Assembly: GCA_964016885.1 (NCBI GenBank)
Contig: OZ024746.1
Location: 86,862,001 to 86,926,000, forward strand
Direction: 5' to 3'
DNA: 64,000 nt
From: Eledone cirrhosa
Taxonomy: Eukaryota
Part shown: positions 41,276-54,699 of the stretch, in pieces
Numbering within the stretch: the first letter of the stretch is position 1
Layout: the number at the start of each line of letters is the position of its first letter
Notes under the pieces: model-generated
Told to the model about the DNA's origin: nothing
The model's input: only the letters and a program-made list of their open reading frames with translations
Databases searched by the model: none
Translations under genes and position numbers: made by a program

Positions 41276-42750
41276 AGAACTACATAAAACTAGTTAGACG
41301 ATTACTCAACAGGGTATTCGATACTTGAGATAGTAGAGCATTGCTATTGGAACCGCAAGTATTCAGCCCTCGGGCCCCGACTCAGACTCATTATATAAAC
41401 TGCTGAGTTTAGGTTGGAAATTGTGTATGTGCGTGTTCTAAAGCAAATGGCCATAATAATAGTCGATCATTAGAAATAACAGAATCCCTGGAGACTGAAA
41501 AACTGGACAGAGGTGCCTCGGTACTCTTTTCCGTCTGAGATTTACTTCTGTTTATAAGCATAGAAACACACACGCTGTCTCTCACACGGACATATTTGTG
41601 AGTCTGTTATTTGAATGTGTTCAATTTTATAGGTAGTCAATATATGTATATAATGTAGGATATTAGTTTGTTTTTAAGTGCGTTTCCATTATTTAATTAT
41701 CTCCGTTTATCTATTTATCTGGACCGACAATTCTATACTGAAAATAATTCTTGCCCATCGTCACTTTAAATAATTATCTCGATTTACTTCTTTCGAGAGA
41801 GCATTAAAACCTAACGATCAGTACTTATAATGAATGACTGTGATAGTTCAAAACAGCATCATATATAATTTCTAGTTAAAATCTACTAAAATGACATCGA
41901 TTTTAATGTCTAAAATCGGATGAAAGCTAGATCTTTTAACTGAAAACAGTTCAGCCATGATTCCGGTTGACAGGATTTTGTGCGGGACACGTGGAAGAAA
42001 TTAATACAAATCTGGTGCTACGGCAACTAGTACATAAGCCAATAAATTGGGAGATACCCCACTAAATTTATTGACATTCTCTATTCACAAAGACACCACT
42101 ATGTAAACTGCTTCGTAAATATGAACAGCGATGTTGGACCGAATCACCTGGTTGGATTGTAAAACTAAGTTGTAGATTCTTTACTACCAATGTATAGTTT
42201 CGTTTTCTGCTTTCGATTAACCTGCGAGTAACTATTTCTGTTGTTTGAACCCTTTTTACTATTCCTCATATTTATATAATGTATTCCATAATATGGTTGC
42301 ACCAGTCCAGATGTTAATCTTTGTTGTATATCAAGCTTTGAAAGGCCAGGCTCGACATAAAAAAATCGACAAACTGGGTAACCGGTAAGTACAGTAACCA
42401 ATAACCACTAAGTACAATATCATAAACACCCACACATTCAAGCAAACACTGACACACAACACCCCTATCTATCTATCTATCTATCTCTCTCTCTATATAT
42501 ATATATACAAGTGGAAGCTTAGTAAAATCGAAGCTTTGGCTGTGGGCAAGCAAAGTCGACCTACAATATGAATGAGTTAGCAAATCACTCAATAAGGGTA
42601 GGTCCTTAGAGTAATAACATACATTTAAATTGCTTGACAAATTGAACATTGTGGTAGGCAAAACCTAACACACAATACCAAAGTAACGAAAAAACTAACA
42701 GGTTAATATATATATATATATATAAACCAAAAACACTCCATCTCAATCCT

Positions 42751-42788
42751 ACTTTTGAAAAGCATAACAACTGTGAAACCGGTAAAAT
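42751..42788 (+). ncRNA. Minimal hammerhead ribozyme, U3-A8 variant (weak stems)
   Basis: actt TTGAAAA gca-taacaac-tgt GAAAC cg GTA aaat; tail runs to (TA)n at 42906, and a relative of the tail occurs as a fold-back at 50459-50600. Confidence 0.55.
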
Positions 42789-42901
42789 AAATAAATAAAT
42801 ATTCTTAAAAAGACTCCAGTTGTATTTTCGATTCCCTTTCCTCATACTTTCACTCGTGTAGGACATCGCGTTTTTTTTTTCATAAAAAACCCCCCTCATT
42901 T

Positions 42902-42982
<81 letters not shown>

Positions 42983-43062
42983 TATGTATATCTGTTTGTA
43001 AATAACATTATTCTTTCTTCACCTTCTGTTTAACATGTGCGACACCACACTAATACATTTCA

Positions 43063-43104
43063 CTATCATTTGATAATGCATAAAAATGTTGAAACCGGTA
43101 ATAG
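43063..43104 (+). ncRNA. Minimal hammerhead ribozyme, U3-A8 variant
   Basis: ctatcat TTGATAA t-gcat-aaaa-atgt-t GAAAC cg GTA atag. Confidence 0.6.
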
Positions 43105-43295
43105 ACAATAATTAAATATATAAATAGATAAATAAATGCCATTGTTAAATAATAAATAAATCAACTAATACCTTAACACTTCACACAAAGTAAAACATTT
43201 CGTTTTAATCATTTTCTAACCCAGAACAGAGTGAGAGAGAAACAAAAAGGAAAATAATATATTTTTCTTCCTAATAATCGTCTCTTTCTCCCTGT

Positions 43296-43335
<40 letters not shown>

Positions 43336-43397
43336 CAACTGGAAAGACCAACGGAAACATTGTTTCCTCGGTCCGATTTGACGAAAGTCGATCGATT

Positions 43398-43424
<27 letters not shown>

Positions 43425-43428
<4 letters not shown>

Positions 43429-44154
43429 TATAAATTAGCGAGAATCGTATTTCGGCTTAGGAATTAACGAAAAAAAACTTCAGAGATGTGTGGCAAACGC
43501 TCAATGATTCAGATGAACCAGAGCTACAACATACGTTAAAGGCCAAACACATTGAGACGAGGGTTAAACAATCATCCGCACAGCCATAAAAACGACCAAG
43601 TAATTCGGGTCAAACAAATAAAAATATATGTGATTGAAAATTTACCCGGACCCCTGGATGGTTGGTAAAATCCAGCATTTGGGTTTCTGCAACTCCTAAT
43701 CAAGTACTGTCCGCTTACACAAATAATGTTAGGCTTCTGGTAAGATGATTGAACAAGGAAGCTACTTTTTCAACAGGTTTTAGTTCGAGTGCTAATTTAA
43801 GGAATGACCGTTACCGACCCCACGTGGGGCTAGGCAAGGGAGGCAACCCTTATTTTAGGCGGATTAATTCAGTATGTGTATATTATTGCAAGAATGCAAA
43901 ACATCACAAAACGAATTAAGCTCTCAACAGAATGGTTATAAGTTAACATAAGCTATTCATCAGTCAATAGAATCAACTAAAAAAATCAAGAAAATTAACT
44001 GGTCAATAGCTAGACTCTGGAGATTAATACATATATAAATTAGCGAGAATCGTATTTCGGCTTAGGAATTAACGAAAAACAACTTCCGAGATGTGTGGCA
44101 AGCGCTCAATAATTCAGATGAAACAGAGCTACAACATACGTTAAAGGCCAAAGA

Positions 44155-44156
<2 letters not shown>
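43425..44156. mobile_element. ~605-bp unit with ~125-bp terminal direct repeats between (TA)n tracts
   Basis: aaattagcgagaatcgtatttcggcttagg...ttaaaggccaaa at 43432 and 44037. Confidence 0.8.
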
Positions 44157-44191
<35 letters not shown>

Positions 44192-44232
44192 CGAAACATA
44201 AGTCAATTGCATGAACTTATAATCCTTTATTT

Positions 44233-44288
44233 ACTGCTATATATATTTCGATGATAGCCATTGAATGGCTATGCCCTCATCAGGCAGT
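44233..44288 (-). ncRNA. Canonical minimal hammerhead ribozyme
   Basis: Minus strand: actgc CTGATGA gggc-atagccat..atggctat-catc GAAA tatat ATA gcagt; tail ends at (TA)n 44157-44187. Confidence 0.85.
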
Positions 44289-44929
44289 TAGTCAGTTCAT
44301 AGATATGCTAGCTCTGTGTTTATAGTGTTGATGGTATCAGAGCCTTGGGACATATGAGCTTGTTAGGAATAATTTAATGTTGTCAGCAAGAATAGTTTTG
44401 ATTCTCATTGGTCAGTTTGTAGATGGTAGTAGGGTTGGTATTTGACCTCAAAGAGGCAAGTGGTGTTGTAAAGTTCAAACCGTCTGGGAAGATGACAATA
44501 GTTCCACATGACTGATTTTCACAAAAGGCATTCCTGGTTAGATATATATTCAATTAAGGTTAATAGTATCAAATAGATACTACAGGTCATTCTTAAATTT
44601 ATGAATTTATGTGGAGTGGTGCTACTGAAAATTATGGCTAGAGTAGAAAATTTACAAATAAAAAGACTTATGTGGTTGGCTTGCACTACACTCACACCCA
44701 CCTCCACAGACACACACATCCACACATACAAAATGTTTGGTGGTAATACTTAATATAATGGTTAGAGTCCAATACTTAGATAGTTTAGAAAATTTAGAAA
44801 TAAAAGGTTTATGCTGGTTGACTTTTACATACACTCACACCTACCCCCTCAGACACTCACACATCTACACACACAAATCCATACAGGTGTGTATACATAT
44901 ATATGCATGCATGTACGCACCAGTATACA

Positions 44930-44992
44930 TACTCTTTTACTCTTTTACCTGTTTCAGCCATCCGGCTGAGGCCATGCTGGGGCACCGCCCTT
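44930..44992 (-). mobile_element. 3' tail of an octopus-type SINE
   Basis: tactcttttactcttttacctgtttcagcc...ggccatgctggggcaccgccctt, recalled as a common Octopus SINE end (not database-checked). Confidence 0.6.
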
Positions 44993-45289
44993 GACATATA
45001 TATATATAAAATATATATATGTATACACAGAACACACATATATATAAAATATATACATATAAAAATATAAAAAAAAAATATATATACATAAAATACACAC
45101 ATACATAAAATATATACACACATTAAACATACATACATGTATATATATATAAAATACACATACATATACATATATATATAAAATATATACATACATATAC
45201 ATACATATATATAAAATACACATATATACACACATAAAATATATATATATATACAGATGATATATATACATATATATATAAAAAATGTG

Positions 45290-46380
45290 GTTTAATAAAA
45301 CGTGTTTAGATGACTCCTAACCAGTAGAGGATCCGGTGGACAATCCACCATAGGGACCACAAACAATGGGTGGTTGTTGTTGTCCATTGGTCATTGGTAC
45401 GGGGTGTAGGAGACCTATATTGGGGGGGGGGGGCGTTGCGGGAAGCCGCAACCGGGGTTTATCCATATAGCTTGAGGAAAGTTCCCGTCCTTAGGTGTCT
45501 GCAAGCAGCGAATAAGTCGACCCTTCTGTTTAATAGCTTGGTTCCGCCATGAAGAATCTTGAGTGTCTCACTAAGACAGAGGTTGCAAATACCAGACCCG
45601 CCTCTGTCTGGGGGAACCTTTCTATCCACGGACCAGACCAGAGAGTGCGGGGTCTTTTCAAGTTTGAGCTTCTAGATCAATTCAGAAAGGGCCGTACATT
45701 TCCTCTTATCTATTCTGTTAATGAAATGGCGATGGTTATACCATCGATCTTTGAAGCTCGACGCTGTGGATCCTATGTAGTGGGGCTCCGAGTTAGGGGT
45801 TGTGACCTTGCACCTGTAAACCACGTTTTTCGTCATGCATTCATTACTAAGGGGGCATAGTGATGGGTCTCTGCAATTACATGACTTCTTAAGCCCCACC
45901 ACATGTACCGCGTGGTTACCATCACTCGGGGTTGGCTGGGTATCCTCCGCAATCAGAACAGGGTCGTTGGGTCCAGTGTGCTAGTAGGGCCTCTCCGGGT
46001 TCCGTTGCGTTCCGCGTGCTGGTTCTGTTGGGTGGCTCCGGGGTTTACGGTGGTATTAGAGGCAGTGAGCCTATTCCTATTTATGCCAGCTATGTGCTGG
46101 GCTACGGAGCGTGTGGTTGAGTAGGAAAGTTTCAGCGTGTGCCTGTTGAATATATTATGGTAGTTGTGGTCCCTAGAGAAACATTTATCCAGTACTCTAA
46201 AGAATGTTCTAGCCACGCTGGTACGTAGACCCACCGAGTACGGAGGGTTATACTATGTGACCTTCCTGGTCCTATTCTTGCGGGGTTGTTGGGTGTCCAC
46301 CGTGGGCCATCGCGTGGTTGTGCACATCTCAGATCGAGCTCGATTGGTGTCACTCAGGTGTGCGGAGCGGTCATTATCAT
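45290..46380 (-). mobile_element. Penelope-like element relic (linker plus GIY-YIG endonuclease)
   Basis: TFFRVLDKCFSRDHNYHNIFNRHTLKLSYST; SCNCRDPSLCPLSNECMTKNVVYRCKVTTPNSEPHYIGSTASSFKDRWYNHRH...TALSELI. Confidence 0.9.
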
Positions 46381-46422
46381 ATATATATAGAGAGAGATAA
46401 AGAATAAGGGCTTTATTTAAAG

Positions 46423-46531
46423 TACTGACAATTGTTTCGTTGATCATGTGGGTCTAGAGTTCGCTAATCGCTTGATGTTACGTTATTCGATCTCCAATAC
46501 ATTATTAACCTATGGTCAACACATCAAAGCA
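46423..46531 (-). ncRNA. Degenerate hammerhead ribozyme (core TTGATGT)
   Basis: Minus strand: tgct TTGATGT gttgaccat...atgatcaac GAAAC aatt GTC agta. Confidence 0.6.
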
Positions 46532-47029
46532 TGTAGATATGAAAATAATTCACTCGAGGCAAGATTTATATAGAGAAATAGCGTATAATTAAAACAATAA
46601 CATGAATAATAAAATAGCGTAGAATATAAACAATAACATCAATAATAATACATGTATGGTAAATAGGTAGAGAAGTTACAGATGTAAAACGCAAAAGTAG
46701 AATAAAAGATAGGGTACATAAAAAAGTAAGAAAATGAGAGAATGGAAAATATAAAGAGATAAATAAATAAATAAGTGAGATCGTGTAGGTACATAGTAGT
46801 AGCGCTTGAGTAAGTGTTCTTATAAGGATTCGTTGGTGGGTAACTAGATTTGAGATGTACATAGATACGTGTAGAGGCTCCGATAAAAGAGACAATACAT
46901 TAGAGATTAATTGGTGGATGTATGTATGATGTTTATGGGCTAGGGATGACGGGACATTTGATAAACGCTTGTTGTAAATCTCTAACTGGATTACCTATAA
47001 CGATAACTTATCCCATATATTTATATATA

Positions 47030-47077
<48 letters not shown>

Positions 47078-47121
47078 AATACTGTTAGCTTCTCGCTACA
47101 ACAATTTCTATACTTTTCATT

Positions 47122-47156
<35 letters not shown>

Positions 47157-47439
47157 GTAAATATATATATATATGTTTATATATATATTTGTATATATAT
47201 CTATATCATATTAAACATGAAATATTCGAATGTAATTTGAAAGTGCTTAAAGAAATCGGAGATATCATATCTACGTGGCTAATATATATATATATATCAA
47301 ACCCGATCACAACACCATCTCATGATGAACACTGCATTTCTTTGAGGCTGAAGTCACAAGAGCAATGGAGAGTGAAATTCACCCCGCTGGGGAGAGTGAA
47401 ATTCACCCCGAAGTTTTAAAAAGCCTTATATAGAGAAGG

Positions 47440-48490
47440 TATTCTCTGTTTGATCAGTGTGTTCCAGATGGACTGGATCTCTGGAAAGGCACCCAGTTAT
47501 AGTGTGAAATCTTAGTTAAACCTTCCTGTTAATGATTATGGTAACTCTTTGGCAAAGAGATGTAGAGATCTTACCAAGTTCAAGGTAGCAGTGTGTCCTA
47601 ATTTCTCTTCTTTTTCTGCCTATAATCTTCTCCAGATCACTCCCAGTATTTTGTTAATATCTTGGCTATATTTACTACTATTTTGCTTCTGTTAAATTCT
47701 TAATATAGTCGTTTGTGTTGGAGTAAATCAGCTGATTTTGTTAAGAAGAAATTCGACGTTAAAAAGAAATTGCACTTGCAAATATTTGTTGTTTTAGGCA
47801 TTCCTTGGTCTCCAGGATTTCCTTTTTATTATAGTGTATGTATTTCTTTTGTATTTTAATTTTCTTTCCTATTTCTAGTTTTGTTGTATTCTTTCCTATT
47901 TCGGTTAAGATTGACAGGTCTTTTCTTTCATTTTCCATCCATTTTTGTATCTTTGATTACCATATTGTGTAGGCTTTGTTTTTCCTGCTTGTGTAGATCT
48001 AATTGGGTAGTTACTTCCTTTTATAATAAAAGTGAATGCGGCATACATTATATTATTTAGCTTTGTGATATAAATATTTTATTTAGTCTATGATGGCTAG
48101 ATTAACGATTCTTATAACTGTTGTTATTTTCTTATTAATTTATATTTAGGGTAGCTGTATATTTTGGTCAATAACATGATCGCCTATTGTTTTCAGTTCT
48201 TGGATTATTTCCAGCTTCATATTATTGAGTTGCGTCTTTTGAGTTTCTTTTTCCTACATCTTTCTCCTCAAATTTCTTTTCATCTTGGTTGTGATGTCCT
48301 CTATCGGATTTTAATGTTAAGTACTCTATATATCTTTTATGGTTGGCATGTGTTGCGTTTTGTTGTATACTTTATCTGTTTTGGATATGTTGGTTTTCTT
48401 CATGTTTTAAATTCTCAATATGTTTATGTTCGTTAGATGTGTATTTGTTCTTTTAAGTGCTCTATTGTCATGTCTGATGTATGTTGCTGT
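47440..48490 (-). mobile_element. Decayed R4/Dong-like retrotransposon, pre-RT region
   Basis: Minus-strand remnants of a FHTITGCL (YRPITCL-like) motif and upstream K/E/I-rich coding bias. Confidence 0.5.
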
Positions 48491-48508
48491 TACTATGTAT
48501 CTCCTTAA

Positions 48509-48667
48509 AGGCGGTGGATTGGCAGTATCGGTAGAGGGTCGGACGCCATGCTTTCCAGCATAGTTACGTCCCTTTATGATCTGAGTTCAAATCCCGCCGA
48601 GGTCGATAAAATAAAGTACCAGTAATGCACTGGTAAATTGCTGGCCTTGTGCCTAAAGTAGAAACAA
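48509..48667 (+). mobile_element. SINE S1 with internal deletion and 14-bp target-site duplication
   Basis: ggcggtggattggcagtatcgg...gtagaaaca; ctatgtatctccttaaa flanks both sides (48493, 48668). Confidence 0.9.
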
Positions 48668-49269
48668 CTATGTATCTCCTTAAAATTGCTAGTTTGTTGG
48701 GGTCGAACTTTAGATCAGAGTGTGGCTGGTTTTTACCAGATTTTATATGTGCGTTGTTCTGTTTTCATTTTTCGGGCAAAGTGTTGCCGAAAAATATGCA
48801 TATAGCATCGAATCATACACCTCGCGTGTTTATTTATGTCTTTTTTATTTTATTTGTGATTTGAAGCACTTGAGGAGTAACGTCCGGACCAGCATTTAGA
48901 AAGTTATCATTTTTGTTGGGTATCGGCCTCCTTGCTTTTAGAATTGTATGGTTTTGTGCGCATTGGTCTTCACACACTTGTTTTCTTAAGTTTAAAGAAC
49001 AAACATCCGTACATTTATATGATTCCTTTGTAAACAACTTTCGCTATTTTTATAATACGATCGATACATTTTATGTTATGTAACTTATTATTTTTATTAG
49101 TATTATTATTGAATCTATAGTTTACAGAAGATAGTATATTTGAATTCCTGTAATATATTTCAACATTACATTCCGAGAATTCTCTTAAATTCACATTTGC
49201 AAACAGTAGTAATACAACGTAGGTTTATTATAAAAATTATAATTAATTTCGTAGGAATACTTCGATTCA

Positions 49270-49575
49270 AGAGAGAGTGCGTGGGTGAGTGAGAGAGAGA
49301 GGGAGTGAGATATAGACACACAAAGAAAGTGAGAGAGAAAAAGAGAGTAAGTAATAAAGGGAGAGAGAGAGAAAGAGAGAGAGAGTGAGGGAGAGAGAGA
49401 GTGAGTGAGTGAGAGAGGGAGTGGGATAGAGACGCAAAAAGAGAATGAGAGAGAAAAAGAGAGTAAGTAATAAAGGGAGAGAAAGAGAAAAAGAGAGAGA
49501 TAGAGAAAGAGAGGGAGAGAGTGAGGGAGAGAGAGAGTGAGTGAGAGAGAGAGAGAATGAGTGAGAGAGAGAGAT
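49270..49575. repeat. GA-rich low-complexity tract with internal duplication
   Basis: Direct reading. Confidence 0.9.
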
Positions 49576-49858
49576 GGAAAGGACTAACGTCTCATCTAAC
49601 GTCTCATCCAAAAGAAAACGTAACTTACTTGTAATTATTGATTTGTGAAGAATTCATACTTTTATGAGATTTCCTCGCTTATAGAGGATTACTTTTTTTT
49701 TCAATTAATACTAAATACAGTCTCATTTTATAAGAAAATATTTTCCATTAAATCAAATTAACTAAACATGTACACACACATACACACACACACACTCACA
49801 CATATAGATACATATATACTTATAAATAAACACAGACACACACACACATATATATATG

Positions 49859-49893
<35 letters not shown>

Positions 49894-49957
49894 GTACACA
49901 CATAGATACATACATAATAAATATGATATATACCACGCGAACACTCACGTATATAGG

Positions 49958-49995
<38 letters not shown>

Positions 49996-50610
49996 GAGAG
50001 AGAGAGAAACATAGAGAGATAAAAAATATAGTTATGTCATAAGTGTAGTTATGCAATTTTCAAAGATATTTTCATTAATATCAAATAACGTGATGATTAT
50101 AATATTTTTTGCTATCAGAGAAATTGTTCAAATATTATTAATGAGTAAAATTAAATTATATATATATTTTTAACCAAATATATTAGATATTAATATTTAA
50201 TTCAAATACTTACTGATGAAAAAACGGGAAAATGCTACAGAAAGAAACAAATACAACTCTCTACGTTAGTAATTTAAAAAATTAAACATAATATTTCGCA
50301 TATCATGACTTTTAAATGAAATTTTCCACATATTATGATTTTAATTTATATTCCTACCTATTACAAATTAGTATACAGAGTTAAAATATATAACTTACTG
50401 AACACAAAGACGCATATACTCACATACAAACACACACAGCACACACACATATATATATTCGAAAATGCAACTGGAGTTTTTTAAGAATATTTATTTGTTT
50501 AAAAAACTCCAGTTGCATTTTCGATTTCTTCTCCTTATACTTTCAACCGTGTAGGACATTTAGGTTTTTCTAATACATAAAAAAACTAATTATCTAATAT
50601 ATATATATAC

Positions 50611-50679
<69 letters not shown>

Positions 50680-50967
50680 CAGTATTTTCCGTTGTGTTGT
50701 AATATAAATATTACACACAGTAGATTATCAGCTCACGTAGAGTTTGCTCGACGGTTCCAGTTGTAGTTCCAAAAGTAATCCGGAGAAAAATAGAAAGATT
50801 TGAATGGATACAGTTTAGTTGAAAGGAATTTATTGACACGTGTTTCTATAACAGTTACATAACCTATATATACATACATACATACATACATACATGTATA
50901 TGTATATATGTGTGTGTGTGCTATTAAATTACTGGAGGAAACCTACCTAAGTTATCTAAGTTATATA

Positions 50968-51036
<69 letters not shown>

Positions 51037-51038
<2 letters not shown>

Positions 51039-51195
51039 CGAAGGAAATGTGGTAAGGAACCAGGTGGACCATAACGCACCAAAGTACTCAATACTTAGGG
51101 TAGTAGAGTGGGTAATAGGAACGAGTAGGACCCCGACGGCTGAGCTGAAGCCGTCGAAACAGCTTGAGCTCAACCGTCGGGGTCCTACTCGTTCC

Positions 51196-51197
<2 letters not shown>
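51037..51197 (-). mobile_element. Family-B copy with fold-back end
   Basis: Tail 51037-51115 plus palindrome 51116-51197; (TA)n on both sides. Confidence 0.85.
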
Positions 51198-51232
<35 letters not shown>

Positions 51233-51314
51233 ATAATAATAAAATTGAAGACTAAAATCCAAAGAGGGCTCGATAAGGAAAATATATATCAAATATATAA
51301 GAACCGTAGAGCAA

Positions 51315-52027
51315 ATATTTATTAAAATAACAGATTAAAGTTTAAGCAAAGAATCGCTGCTTTCACCCTTAACGGGATCTTCTGAAACTAACAAAGTCAA
51401 TCTGTAAACGCAGAACTAGATATTTCAAAAAACGTTGCAACCGGAGGAAGACAGGAAGACGATACTTTGGTTCGTGGTAACGTTCGCTGGCAAAGAACGG
51501 GAAAAAACGAATAATACGTCATTAATAGGAGCGGTGAAAAACAATTACGCGCAAAGACAGAACCAAGTTTATGGTATAAAAGAGGTCGTAGACTAATGTT
51601 CTCTTAGGTGGTGCATAGAGACGTTCTCTGGCAATGAACGAAAAAACGAAGATAATAAGTCATATGTGGAGCGTGGAGAACAATAGCACGCAAAGACAAA
51701 ACCACGTAAATGGTATAGCAGAAGTCGTAGACTAAAATTAATCTCCGCTACAGAGTTAAGAACAAAGTAAATAAATACAATACAGAAGTAATAGAAACAA
51801 ATAAATACATACATGCAAACAGATACGTACATACACAAGCATACGCAAAACCTTACCATAGGTATACAAAACCACGCACATATAAATATGTGTGTGTGTG
51901 TGTATGCTTGTGTACAAATAAATAAATAATTATATCAACGTATATAAGTAAATAAATCAGAAGATCCCGTTAAGGGTGAAAGCAGCGATTCTTTGCTTAA
52001 ACTTTAATCTGTTATTTTAATAAATAT
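51315..52027. mobile_element. ~710-bp element with 70-bp terminal inverted repeats (partial relative at 61580-61732)
   Basis: atatttattaaaataacagattaaag...cgggatcttctga at 51315-51384, reverse complement at 51957-52027. Confidence 0.85.
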
Positions 52028-52397
52028 ATATATATATATATATATTTATTTAGGTTTGTTGGTTCACCACCGGATAGAATTATATATGCCTTTGTTAAAA
52101 TATAGGTTCTTTGGAATAACATTTTTCGTGGCGCTTTCTTGCCTGACACTAGTCGGACCCTTGCGCTGACTTTTCTTTTTTCTTTCTTTCTTTCTTTCTT
52201 CTCTTCATTTTATTCTCTGACGGAGAGGTGGTAGTACACTATAAGCCTTCGCCCCTTCACCAGATGGTCATTAGTAGACCGAATAGCCATCACTTGGGGG
52301 GACTGACCGAGGTGAAAACAGCTAGTTGGTCAGTCGTCCTCTCTGTCTCTGATTTTCGGACCCATGGATTTTTATATATTCCTTTGATATATTTCGA

Positions 52398-52455
52398 ATA
52401 CTTGATGATATCACCGGATTCATACGGAATCCGGTCATTGAAATGATCATAGTAT
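52398..52455 (+). ncRNA. Hammerhead ribozyme (C3U), family D
   Basis: atac TTGATGA tatc-accggattc..gaatccggt-catt GAAA tgatc ATA gtat. Confidence 0.7.
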
Positions 52456-53200
52456 AATAAACTTTTCAAGGATTTACACCAGTCCAGCCTCCTGTTATTT
52501 TATTCATAATAATTAACTCCGCATTCGCACCACCAACTACACAAACGAAAACGGGTGAACTGCACTACGTTGAGTACTTTCCATAATATTGCATCAAGAT
52601 TGACCATACGGAAGAACAATTCTATCCGGTGGTGAACCAACAAACCTAAATAAATAATGCTCCGATAACGTTGAGCACTTTTAGATGTAATATTGAACAG
52701 CGGCACTGACTTCATTGTACAGCTATTGCCAGCATGGGATTAACTGATCTACTTACCATTCGGATTTTGGGTGCTCTGTGCTTTGTCTACCGCCAACCCG
52801 ATCCAATGCTACTTCCTTGGGAATATTCGGATTCCGACAAAATTCTACGTATTATACTTAAACATGTATTGTATTGACTGAACTCTCTACTCTATACTTC
52901 AGGACTTTTTGTGATTCACACTGAGTTCTGGGATCCGAACTTACACTAGATACCACTTGATACCGTTCCATCTCTTCCACCCTATATAACTAAATGTATA
53001 ACCTTAAATTATCTTACTGCAACTTGATCTATTTTGTATTTCCCTTTTGCTTTGACTCCTCCGATATGTTCTTATCCGTCTCACTACATCACTACCCTAG
53101 CTATGACGGCGTTTTATTTATTTATGTATTTTACTTTTTACTTTATTAATGTATCTTTGTATCCTGCTTTTATTTATTCCTGTTAGTTTATTCATTCTCT

Positions 53201-53254
<54 letters not shown>

Positions 53255-53255
<1 letters not shown>

Positions 53256-53330
53256 ACGAAGGAAATGTGGTAAGGAACCAGGTGGACCATAACGCACCAA
53301 AGTACTCAATACTTGAGGTAGTAGAGTGGG
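53255..53330 (-). mobile_element. Family-B tail between TA tracts
   Basis: aacgaaggaaatgtggtaaggaaccaggtggaccataacgcaccaaagtactcaatacttgaggtagtagagtggg. Confidence 0.85.
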
Positions 53331-53739
53331 TATATATATATGTATATATTTAAGTATATAGAATCATACATACAGACACATGCATATATATGTGTAAGCA
53401 TTTATATACAAGCACATTCTCTCCTGTCCTGTTTCGAATATTGAATGCTGCCATTCACATATCTCGGTCAGAATCTGTAATTGCAATACATAGCAATAAA
53501 ATAAGGAAATGTTTTAAAATACTCCCACAAATAAGCTTTTCTCTATTTCCTTGTGTTTTCTCGAAGGCAAACATTTATCTACAATTAGCCACAATGTATA
53601 TTGTTGAATATGAATGATGTAAAGCTCCCTTATTTAAAGTACAAGATATACGTCTCTCCTAGACAACTAGATACCAGATGGTAGAGCCGCTTCAGCTCGT
53701 GATCAAGGGCACAATATTTCTCATATAACATTCTGTCTT

Positions 53740-54150
53740 ATAAATTAATGTAACATTAGAATGTTGGACTGTTTTTCATCACCACTGAACAATGGCCATG
53801 CAACATCGAAGATCTTGCTCCAGTTATCCAAATTTCCAACCAGATCTTCTCATATTCATGTTTATTGTGATCCCGCCACCAAAAATGTTTTGAGTTTTCT
53901 CGCTTCATATTGTTTCGGTTATTCCACGATAAGAACCAACTAGGACCGAGGGACCAACATCTTCTGAGCATGTATCTAACCCACCATCACTTTCTATGTG
54001 TTGTCACTATTTCAACACAGATCAGTTGTCTTTGCTATGTTTTTTCACTTCATTGATTGAGAGTAACCTTTTTTGTAGTCTTTAAAGTGACTTCGTACAC
54101 CTCCCTGTCTCTGATCTATACCGAAATTACTTTTGCCTTGATGCGTGGTG
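53740..54150 (-). mobile_element. Decayed RTE-type LINE 3' end
   Basis: RK*WWVRYMLRR...SWNNRNNMKRENSKHFWWRD resembles RRLRWLGHVLR...W.P..KR.RGRP..TW.D. Confidence 0.5.
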
Positions 54151-54699
54151 AGCTCTTTCTACATACTATTCCGTAGAAAGAATATGATAGTAGTTTGCTG
54201 GACCTTGCTAGACCAGCATCAGTCCAATATAGCAATAATATCGGCAGGTGGTCTTAAAATATGCAGGTTTGTAACGAAAAACGATTTGCCATATTACAAC
54301 CTTGTAGCTCCGTGTTATGAGGTATGACGACACACTTGTTATAAAACACAAAAGAGAAATATTAAAGATGCTTCGTTAATGGTATTGTCAAACTTATAGA
54401 ATGAAAGAAGTCATTGTACTAGTTGTGTGATGACGGCTAATTGCACACGGACGTAAATCGGGTTTCCATTCTCCGAATAGGCAGACAAGTTATTGGAAAC
54501 TGATTCCCGAAAATGAATCGAAATAAGCTACTTCTATGACCGACATGTCAGAATTAGTCTAAGCGAATTAGTCTAAGGAATAGCATACACTTATCACAGA
54601 GTATATAAAAAATGTACCGACCGATCTTCTAGCAGGATTCGGATATTTTATCAGGATCCTGGTAAAACAAAGTTTGGCCTTAACAGCACATTGTGAAGA

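Noticed and set aside
45290-45360. Possible HHR in the 3' end of the 45-46 kb PLE (taaac-acgt-ttt on minus strand)
   Set aside because: Too decayed: no CUGAnGA and GAAA mutated
50208-50260. CTGATGA...GAAAC as an HHR
   Set aside because: No stem I, II or III pairing
50830-50860. GAAAC-acgt-GTC-aataaa on minus strand
   Set aside because: Only the 3' half of an HHR, truncated by a microsatellite; not counted as a ribozyme
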